Shown here in pieces: positions 8,828 to 18,400 of a stretch of DNA of 54,395 nt. The notes below the pieces were generated by a model. The model worked only from the letters and a program-made list of their open reading frames with translations, ran no database searches and was not told where the DNA came from. The first letter of the stretch is position 1. Every line of letters starts with the position of its first letter. Made by a program: the position numbers and the translations under genes. Source of the DNA: a virus (Duplodnaviria > Caudoviricetes); IMG/VR virus record IMGVR_UViG_3300032006_000010, positions 1 to 54,395 of that record. One strand, written 5' to 3'.

Positions 8828-9021
8828 AGTCTGTTCCAGAACGTAGACTTACAGCTACTATAGAAGAAATAAGGCTTATTTTATCAGCTTTACATGTTCT
8901 ATATGAGCGTTCTTATCATGAAAATGACATGAACCTAGCTAAGAGACTTATGCGGTTAATAAACCTCATAAAAGAAAAGTCTAAGTGGACCAAAGAAGAC
9001 GAACTCACTCTGATTAATTAA
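8812..9021 (+). CDS. Hypothetical helical protein
   Basis: ORF overlapping the previous gene in the same operon. Confidence 0.55.
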   Translation: MENSIESVPERRLTATIEEIRLILSALHVLYERSYHENDMNLAKRLMRLINLIKEKSKWTKEDELTLIN

Positions 9022-9133
9022 CAATAGTAAGGGGAGTATAAAGCTTGTGTTGGCGCATGGCATGGTGAATACACACTAAAGTATGTGGGTGTGCACCTGA
9101 TAATCATACTCCCCTTATTTAGAAGGAGGTATA

Positions 9134-9439
9134 ATGAGGGAACGAGATAATCTTATAAAGAAAAGAGTAGACCGTGAGGATTATCGAATAGGTTGGAAGG
9201 ATAATAAAATGGAAGTAACAGATGGCAATGTAGGTATAGGAACTGTTGAAGCACCTACTTTTTATGACACAGTAAAATCAATTCTTGAACCTTATGTAGG
9301 GCAGCAACTAAATTTCGATGAAGAATGGCTTGAGATATCAGGTAAGTTAACATCAGCAATACTTAATACTTATGAAGTAAAGGTTAAAGAGTTACTTGAA
9401 GAAACTTTTACCAAAGACAGGAAAACAAAACATGAGTAA
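9134..9439 (+). CDS. Hypothetical protein carrying one GNVGIGT motif
   Basis: SD AAGGAGGT. Confidence 0.65.
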   Translation: MRERDNLIKKRVDREDYRIGWKDNKMEVTDGNVGIGTVEAPTFYDTVKSILEPYVGQQLNFDEEWLEISGKLTSAILNTYEVKVKELLEETFTKDRKTKHE

Positions 9440-9638
9440 AGGGGCTTTACAAAGTATAGCTAGAAGAGAATGCGCTAACTATCATGATACCAAGTGTTTA
9501 GGGATAATGATGCAATCAGAAAAAACTGATAAAAATACAAAATTATATATGTGGAAGGATGATGATATGGCAGATAAGCCCTGTTCAGTAGAAAAGGGCT
9601 GTGGTTATTTCGATATTATCGTGACACCCGGACTCTAA
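9432..9638 (+). CDS. Small Cys-containing hypothetical protein
   Basis: ECANY...C...PC...CGYF; ATG 9432 overlaps the previous gene. Confidence 0.6.
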   Translation: MSKGALQSIARRECANYHDTKCLGIMMQSEKTDKNTKLYMWKDDDMADKPCSVEKGCGYFDIIVTPGL

Positions 9639-9667
9639 GTCCATGCCATAGCTAAGTCACGCAGAGA

Positions 9668-9694
9668 GGGGGGGCAATAAGCCCCCCTTTTTTT
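9668..9694 (+). terminator. Rho-independent terminator ending the + arm
   Basis: GGGGGGC-AATAA-GCCCCCC followed by T7, at the convergence of the two arms. Confidence 0.85.
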
Positions 9695-9822
9695 AATTGC
9701 TAGTGAAAGGAAGCGGCAATGTAGGCATAGGGACGACTACGGTTTAAAAACAGCCAGATAATATGCAACAGATAACATTATACCAGCAGTTCCTAACATA
9801 ACCCACCCAATATCAACACAAA

Positions 9823-10002
9823 TCACAAATCTTCCCTTGTTGGCTTAAACCACCACCAACCATTGCCATTTCTTTTAAAACACTGTAATCTGTCTTTTTT
9901 CCATTCAGAATCATATGGTGCATCTTTCTTGTATTTCCATCCACTTTTCCATTGTTTCCAATCATCACATCTACGACTCTCTCTACTTACTACTTGACCC
10001 AT
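9823..10002 (-). CDS. Trp/Lys-rich small protein (59 aa, MGQVVSRESRRCDDWKQW...), not in ORF track
   Basis: SD TAAGGAG at 10008-10014; open to TGA. Confidence 0.55.
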   Translation of the reverse strand: MGQVVSRESRRCDDWKQWKSGWKYKKDAPYDSEWKKDRLQCFKRNGNGWWWFKPTREDL

Positions 10003-10207
10003 TATCCCTCCTTATAGTTAATAGGGCGCAGGAATGATACAGGGAGGATTCTCGTCGGTGTAATCCTTAAACACAGCATACTCGTGTCACCCCACGCCCT
10101 AAACTCAGAAAATTAGTTTGAAAATTAGTATAAAATCAAAATGCAGTTTTTTTAGGGTTTTTCCCAAATTTCTCAACTTTTCTCTGCCAATTAGGTTGAG
10201 AATCGAA

Positions 10208-11713
10208 TTATTCATCACCAAGGGCATAAACAACTGCTCCCCCACTTACTAAAGATGCAGCTCTTGTTGCGTAGAACTCAGCCTTATCTGCTAGTGGTAT
10301 GTCTTCCTTTAAAGCTTTAGTGAATACTTTCTCACCCTCGTCTAAAATTCTTCTATCAGCCTGAGACACAGAACCCCTCATACCTATCTTTTTTAGCTCA
10401 AAATCCTCAGCAGTCTCTTTTACAGTTTCTTTACGAATTGCACTAGTACTATGTCTCTGGGTCTTCTTTAAATTCTCTTTACCTAGTTCTTTTAATACCT
10501 TAGGTATGTCCTTTGTGGTATACTGACTAACATTTATTGTATCCTGACCTAGGCTGACTCCAAAAAGGTCCCTCTTGTCCGTAGCAAAGTAAGATACCTT
10601 GCCCGGTTTTCTAGGGTCAAAAATGAGACTTCCGTTATACCCTCCCCAGTTAAAGTTACTTTTTATACTTGGACTATACATCACCTGAACCCTACCGTCA
10701 GATAGCTTTTTAACATTACCAAGCTTAGACTGTCTAGCAAAACTAACAACATCGTCAGCTGTAAATTTACCAGTACCCAATCTTTTAAATAGATTATATG
10801 CTCGTCTATCGAACTGCATACCACGCATAACATCCTGTACTGGGTGACTTGATATTTGTAAATAGTTTGTAGCCCCACCAAGCTTTATACCTTGAGCTCC
10901 TACAGCATTAGCCATAACCTCTTCTCCTACTGAAGATATAAGCTTTTTCTCACTAACTGGTTTAACAAACTTATCAAAGTATTTAGCTACAAAGCTTTCC
11001 GGGACTTCTTTACCAAATAAAACTAAATTACTCTGGCTTGTAATCTCTTGGTGATGTAGCTCTTTTTGTGCGTCACGAACTGGTTTTGTTATATCCTTTA
11101 TCTTCTTTTTGTCTGCTTTTAGTGCTTCAGCAGCATCTTTCTTAGATAGTTTAGCATAGCTAGCTTGTTTCTCTGCAATCTTATCTAAATTAAGAGCTGC
11201 GTTATGTTCTATTGCCTGTACATTCCTAACCATTTCTACATCTTTTTGTCCCATACCAGACTTTCTTGAAGCATATCCTACATGGGGATTAAAAAAACGT
11301 TTAGCTATTCTTGGTAAAGCATCTTTTATTCCTTTAGCTACAGCAAGTTGTGGCGCAAAAACACCGGAGCCATAAAAACCGGGTAAATAATTAGGGATTT
11401 CAGATACAGCTGAGTGCCTATACCTACCGCCTGTAGCCTTGCCTGCAGCCTTCCTTATTATTTGAGATGTAACCTTTGGAGCTACAGCCATAGCGCCCAA
11501 CACAAGACCTCCTTGACCAACAACTTTTGCAGCATCTACTAAAGTCTCTGTTTCTAAGGCACCTTTCTTATGAGCTATAGATGCTCCAGCAGTACCAAGT
11601 ATAGTAGCACCTACTAATAGTTCTTTCTCCTGACCTTGTAAGGACTGACCAGCAGTCTTTACTCCTTTATAACCAGCTTCCTTAGCTAATTTTATTAGTG
11701 CTCTTGGGTTCAC
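10208..11713 (-). CDS. Basic Ala/Gly/Lys-rich protein with hydrophobic segments; possible virion/ejection protein
   Basis: 501-aa ORF, GAGGAG before a GTG start; composition resembles the ejection proteins. Confidence 0.6.
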   Translation of the reverse strand: MNPRALIKLAKEAGYKGVKTAGQSLQGQEKELLVGATILGTAGASIAHKKGALETETLVDAAKVVGQGGLVLGAMAVAPKVTSQIIRKAAGKATGGRYRHSAVSEIPNYLPGFYGSGVFAPQLAVAKGIKDALPRIAKRFFNPHVGYASRKSGMGQKDVEMVRNVQAIEHNAALNLDKIAEKQASYAKLSKKDAAEALKADKKKIKDITKPVRDAQKELHHQEITSQSNLVLFGKEVPESFVAKYFDKFVKPVSEKKLISSVGEEVMANAVGAQGIKLGGATNYLQISSHPVQDVMRGMQFDRRAYNLFKRLGTGKFTADDVVSFARQSKLGNVKKLSDGRVQVMYSPSIKSNFNWGGYNGSLIFDPRKPGKVSYFATDKRDLFGVSLGQDTINVSQYTTKDIPKVLKELGKENLKKTQRHSTSAIRKETVKETAEDFELKKIGMRGSVSQADRRILDEGEKVFTKALKEDIPLADKAEFYATRAASLVSGGAVVYALGDE

Positions 11714-11957
11714 TCAACCACTCCTCATTATATTCGTCAGCAGTTGTAGGTTCTTGCTCAACCTTCTTACAACCACAATTAGTATGACTATCTTTATATA
11801 AAATTCTATACATATCACCAGCTATCCATCTTACAGCAGACTCAGATGCTAGATTAGCCGTTGAATACTGCCTAAGAATGCGTCTAAACTCACGCTCGTA
11901 ATCATTATTATCCTTAAGAATAGTAAAATTAGACGTATGTTGGATAACCTTAGTCAT
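11682..11957 (-). CDS. Hypothetical protein
   Basis: Likely start ATG 11957 after GGGAG; NLASESA motif. Confidence 0.55.
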   Translation of the reverse strand: MTKVIQHTSNFTILKDNNDYEREFRRILRQYSTANLASESAVRWIAGDMYRILYKDSHTNCGCKKVEQEPTTADEYNEEWLSEPKSTNKIS

Positions 11958-12123
11958 CACTCCCTTCTGAGCTTGCATTTTCACTGGGTAAATAATCCAT
12001 TGGTTCCCCAGTTGAGGTTGTCTTCACCATATTCTTTATCATCTTATCTTTACAATCATCACACATACCATCAGAGTTCATAGTAGGACTATCACAATCG
12101 TGACACATAAATGGTGTAGGCAT
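11950..12123 (-). CDS. Small Zn-finger-like protein (57 aa, CHDC...CDDC), not in ORF track
   Basis: TAATG-coupled start; two CxxC pairs. Confidence 0.55.
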   Translation of the reverse strand: MPTPFMCHDCDSPTMNSDGMCDDCKDKMIKNMVKTTSTGEPMDYLPSENASSEGSDD

Positions 12124-12233
12124 TATTTAAACCTACTATCTATCCAGCACTTACCATAGTACATTAAACCTATCCAAACAGATATTTCAATCACCTCAAT
12201 ATACCCAAGCTCGTTTAATACTTCTATGTCCAT
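12123..12233 (-). CDS. Small hydrophobic protein (36 aa), not in ORF track
   Basis: TAATG overlaps at both ends. Confidence 0.45.
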   Translation of the reverse strand: MDIEVLNELGYIEVIEISVWIGLMYYGKCWIDSRFK

Positions 12234-12403
12234 TATTTTCTAAACATCTTTACTACCGCAATCTTTAGTGCTGCACAAACAATAATGATTAAGAGTACTG
12301 TAGCAATATCAACAAAATGGTTACCCGAATCAGATTCAATGGTTCCATAAGGAGTTTCTATTGAAATCTTTTCTTGACGTTCTCTTACTGCTGTCTTCTG
12401 CAT
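12233..12403 (-). CDS. Small single-TM protein (56 aa), not in ORF track
   Basis: TAATG overlap with the 2908-aa gene; IATVLLIIIVCAAL hydrophobic helix. Confidence 0.5.
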   Translation of the reverse strand: MQKTAVRERQEKISIETPYGTIESDSGNHFVDIATVLLIIIVCAALKIAVVKMFRK

Positions 12404-15400
12404 TAGTACAAAAACCTTCCTCCTAAATGAGTAGCCGGGTCATCCTTTACCATCTTAGAGAACTGCATTACAGGAAGACCTGTAAACTTAGTTATTGCGT
12501 AATATGGATTCTCTATAGCACCGCCCGGTCCAACTACATCTCTTATTAATCTACCAAATGGAGGCATGGTCCATAGATAATAACCAGTAAGCTTATCAGA
12601 ATCACCAGTTACCAGCCACTTAAACATAGGTGGCAGCAATCGTAACGCAGGTGGTGTAACAGCTTGAAATGGTCCTATTATAGAGCCATAGAACGCTCGT
12701 TCTTTCTCTTTCTCATCGCCCATTAGGAAATCAGCAGTATCTTGGAACCAGTTATACGGAGCTGGTAAAGCATTCTCAAAGAGACTGTACATAAACAGGC
12801 TTGATAATGACATCATAAATAAGTCAGCCTGAGCCATTCTCTTGTAGCGTTCAAACTCCTTGGTCCCCGGTTCCCAACCGTATATATGCGCTTGCCTTAT
12901 TGTGTCGTTTCTAAAACGTACACTATTCCAACTCCATAGCTGGAACCTTGAAAACACCCTACCCAGAGTACTGTTAGCCCACATCGGTCTAAACGGTGAG
13001 CTGTATAAAAATTGTGTGCCCTTAACACCACGCTTAGCCATTTCAATAAGAAATGGATTATCAAAATCTTTTATAGCACCGCCAAACTGTTCACGTGCCT
13101 GTAAATAGTGAGCCATAAAGGCATCACGTCTCAACATCCGTTCTGGTATACGCATAAAAGAAGCAGCAAAGTTCCAAATACTGTCAGTAACACCATGCTT
13201 TTTTCTTAATGCATTCAAACTAGTGTCTGAAAAATCAGGGTCTTTCTTTATCTTAGCAGTGGCTTCACGTAAAAAACTTTCAAACTTCTTAGACTTTATC
13301 TTTGGGTTAAGACCAGCTTCATAAATTAGAAACTCTTCTATAACTCCTTGTTTCTGTATCCAGCGTTCGACATCCTTCATACTTTCCCACTTTGGGTTGA
13401 TGTTTGTTTTTAAATAATCAAAGTTCCTTCCTTTACGTAAATTACCATAACCAGCACTAATCCAAGTGTGAACTGTACCACCATAAAGATTTGCTATAGA
13501 ACTCTTAGGATGAGCAAGTAGGGAAGCTAACTGCCACTTTGCTTCTAAGGAACCCCATCCTTGCATTTGACTATACTCTACTCCACTTAATTCATCAATA
13601 GTTGTCTGGTCTAAGTCCCACTCCTCTAGCCTTTTACGACCAATACCTAAACGTTTCCTTATATAGTCAATCCTTTTCTTTGCCTGACTATCTGCTAACC
13701 ATTTATATGGAGTTCCTTTTATCTTCATACGGGGGTCATTCATTACCTTCTCTGGTATCTGAGTAGGGTAACCCATAGCAGACTGAGTATATAGCTTAAA
13801 GAAATTAGTCCAATCGTTAGTAAGCTTTGCGTCCTTAGTCTGTTTGTAGAAACGCTCGTTAAAATTATTCATAGTTATTCTACTTGCCAGCTGCATTGCT
13901 TGTTTATAAAATGTATCAACAGAGTTTTTCATATAAGATTCGTAAGCTTCTGGGTCCCTAGACCAACCACCTATATGAGCAGAACGACTGAACTGATTAC
14001 CAACCTTCTTTAGGTCAGACATTAGGATGTTCTTAGCCTTATTAGACCTTCCGGATGCATATTCTTTCATTACTTTCTGTACAACATCAAAATTATCTGT
14101 CATTTCATCCCTAGCCATGAAATCTCCAGTAAGCTGTTTATAATGATAGAATATTTTACGAGCCTCTGCCTGCTTCTCTTCTTTGGTGTAGTTAGGGTCT
14201 GAAAAAAGATTTTTTATTGCTCCTCTTAATCGTATATCCACCTTCTTCCTATCAAATGATACATGGGGATAATAAATATCAGATGGGAACTCCCCCGTCA
14301 CATCAAAAGGAGTAATCTCAAGCTTCTTAGATACCTTTGCCCATTCCTCTGCTGTCATTAGTTTCCTAGGCGTCATACTTAATAAAATCCTTTTAGTAAT
14401 CTGCCTAAGTCCATCTATACCGAACTTTTCAATTGGTATCTGCTCATTATTCTTAGCTTTCTTAGTGATATAGGCATAGAACTCTTTTCTTAGTTTCTGA
14501 AGCGACTGAAAGTTCTCCCTTCCGTCCTTTGTCCTTCCTTTGGCTAACCAACTCTCAACATAGTCTGGGTCACCACGCATCCACTTATAAGTTGCTTCAT
14601 TCTGCTTCGTAAGGATGTCGTTTATAGAGCGTATAATTTCATCCCCTGACATCAGCCTTGTTCCGCCTTCCATAGGGACACGATAAGTTTTACCCTTTAA
14701 TCTCTCATAAGAATCCTTCACCTCATTCCAATGGCTCTCATAAGACATCTCCTGCATTGTAAGCTTATGATTATTATCCTTATACTTTCTCCTAAGAACC
14801 CTTGGTATAATTCTTCTCTCTCTCATAGCAACGGCTATATCATATAAAACATCACCATCCTCAACGGCTCTTATAAATGGATTTAATTTTTCCCTAAACC
14901 TTTCTTTCTCTTCCTCGTTTTTCTGCATAGATAGTTCCTGATGTTTATAAGCCCATTGCTGTATCTCTCCAAGGGTACTAGTAGGTCTAACAGTCCTACC
15001 ACTTATAGTATTACCAAGTCTATCTTTGTATGGACCAACATCTTCTACCCACTGTACCATACCGGGATGCCTCATAAGGTCCCTATCTACAGCTTTAGGA
15101 AACATCCAGTAGTATGCTCTACGTATTTTAGGTCCCTTATCCTTACCAAGCATCCAATCAACTGTTTTCTTAAACCAAGTACCATCACGCATTTCATTAA
15201 AATATCTATCTAAAGTTTTTAGGTCATATTTTGTAGCTTGATTTATATTCTTACCAAAGAGACCACGAAACAGTCCGTTTAAATTTCGTGTATCAAGATT
15301 GTGATAGTGTTCAAGGTGTCCTTTAAGACTATGGTATATCTCCCTAAGCTCTGGGTCTTTAACTTTACCTCTATTAACGCCTACAAACGGAGCAATATCA

Positions 15401-18400
15401 TCAAGATACGTTCTATCTTTTTCTGAAAGGTCGGACGACTCTATTATCTCTCCCTTTATAAGATTACCCTCATCATCTTTGACGCTCTTAATTTTTTCTC
15501 TACCCTTATACTCGCCAATTATTAGTTCCTGTTCTTCCTTTGAGAGGTCAGTCTTTGTCTTACTTAAAAGAGCATCGTAATCACTAAAGAACTTTTTAAG
15601 ATTACTATCCTTAACAGCTTTAGAGTTCATAGCAGAGCGAACAAGAGAAGTGTTTTGCACCTGCTTCTCTAGCATATCGACAACTTTCCAATCAGCTGCT
15701 TTCTTACCTTTCTTCTTTTCAAGGCGCATCTTCATTTCTTGTACAGCCTTAGGATAACCACGTTGATATGTACCCATTAATAATATATCAAACAAATCCT
15801 TCTCTGCATTACTCTGATAACCCTTCTTAACTGTTCTAATAGCAGAGTCAATCTGTATCTGGTCAAGCTTAGCTGTACCAGTATCTTCTATACCAAAATT
15901 TTCACGCATCATTTCATTAACCTTAGAAGCCTCTTCATTCTGAGTAAAGGCAGAATCCTTTAAAGTATCGTCTCTATCACGCCTTCTCCTAGCCATGTGT
16001 ACACCCATATTCTTTATCTCATTAGCGTCTGCGTGTATCTTTGAGATGCGCTCTGGTACTATACCATGCTTACCTACAATATCTGTGATAGATTTGAGTG
16101 AAGCCATTGTGCTCATATCATTAACTAAGAAATCTTCTCCCTGCAAAACAAGTTTCTCTAGATAGCCTCTCCTGTAATCATAGCTACCATAATTAATAGG
16201 TCTCCACTTGCCATCAATATTACCCATAACAAGTCTCTCTTCACCAGTTGGCTTGTGAACATAGGTTTCATTCAATAGCCTTCTAAAGGCTTCCTCGTCA
16301 CGAGCAATTGTTTCTAATCCTTCCCTAGTATACAATCTATTAGAGTATATCCTATCAATAAACTTATTCCAAGGAGCCGCCAATGTAGTTCTGCCTAAGA
16401 TGTCATTCAGCCAGTCCTCTCTTTCGGTCATATTTTGGTGGGTATCATAAAGAGCCTTTACTCTTTTATAATCTGTGTGTCTAAATAAATTATCAGACCA
16501 GTTTACATCTCTCAAACTTTCAGACAATAGAGGCATAAGGGTATTACGTGAACCTTCTGGTAGAAACTTCATAGCTTCTAGACCAGCAGATATGTCAGCA
16601 TAAGACCATCTCCTAGCTTCAGTATAATTCTTACCATATAATAAACTGTTAGTCCTAAAGAACATCCTGTGTAAACCCTTACCCTTTAACCAATCAAGCT
16701 TACCATCTTGAAGTTTCTTAGTAAGAGAAGGATTAGGCTTCGATACCTTACCTTTAATACTTCTTATCTCATAATTGAATAGTGTATCAAGAACCTTAGA
16801 AGAAAATACATCTATCCCTTTCAAGCCAGCTTCATCCATTGGGTCAGAACCAAGTGCAACAGTAGCACGAGCCATTTCTCTAAAGCGCTGTAAATCTTCT
16901 TCCCCTGTCTTAGCCTTAAAAACTATACGGTAACGCCTATTCCCCATAATAAATGGTATACTATATTGCCCCCTACCAAGCCATACAGTACCAGTAGCTA
17001 CTTCTCCGTTCTTATTCCTTACCTCGCTGCCCTTTACCTCTAGAATTATATCTTTCATGGCTACGTTTTCACCCGTATGTCCACGTATTGCGTTATATGC
17101 GCCGATTACAGCAGCCCTATTAGTAACAGCAAAACCAAGCATATCACGACCACTTGCAGCCCCCTCACTCATAAAGCCCCTCCAATAAGGACTGTACTGT
17201 GAGCCCGGATGTAGTCCTTCTTGCTGTATCTCCTTACTTCTAACAGCAAGCTGTTCACCATAGGTCTGTCCTGTCTTTGGGTCTATAGCTTCTTTGTTAT
17301 GTTTCTCTGCATTAGTCTTAGAGTCAACATATTCATCTTTCTGTGAATGGTACATCTCTCTCCATGACTGTTTAAAACCGCTTTTGTCTCCACCAAAAAA
17401 GATAAAGGCTTTATCCCCATCTAAATCAGCCCCTCCCAGAGCTTTCATGGTTCTTGGATGCAAGAGTACCCCGTACCCCTTAACCCCCGTAAAACCGGCA
17501 AATTTGAGCGAATGAGCACCACTTATGGAGTCCATAGGAACTCTCATGGCTGCAGCATGCAGTATTTGAGCTACTTTATCCTTATTTGCCTTGTATTTAC
17601 CAGCATTAAAGTCTTCCCAAACGTTTTCCAAGGTTTCTCTACCTTTTATAATAAGAGGGTCCTTTATACGAAGCTTCTTAAATCCTTCGTCCAGATAGAA
17701 TATATCATCAGTATCACGCAACCTAGAGATATCTGAGTCCTTCATTCTCATACCTATATCCCAAGGGCGCATACGTGCTGTAGCTGAATTATACATTCTA
17801 GGTCTAGTAAGTTGTGTAACCACATAGTTACGCATTGCTGCCATGCGGTAATCACGTGAAAACTTATGAAGATAAGCTCCAATAGAGCCTTCAGGGAATA
17901 CACGATTTAATCTTTGAACAATGCTTTCAAACTCAGCATTTACTTCACGCTCCTGTTGAATCTCAGACCTTGACAGTTCACCCTCTTCAGCCAATGCTTC
18001 AACATACTCATTATTAAGCTTGAGTATTTTCTCATAAGCCTTAGATGCAAACTTCTCATGCTTTGGGTCTCTCATCATTTCAAGAAGCTTAGGAATACTA
18101 ATATCCTCTAGATTGTTAATTGCCCTATTAAGATTAGCGTTGCTAGGGTCATCCTTATAGGCTTTAAGCATTTCATTAGCCTCAGGTATACCCTTAAAAG
18201 CCCTGTTAGAAAGAGTTTCATACATATCTTGGATAACCTCAGGCTTTACATCTTTATAACCATAAGAACTAAGTGTAGTAAACATCTGTTTAGGTAATCT
18301 CTGGGGTTTTATATACTTATCACTGGTAATTTCAGACATAATAGTCCTAAAACTACTGATAGGAAGCTCGTACCCTTCACCATTAAACCCTATCTTCCCC

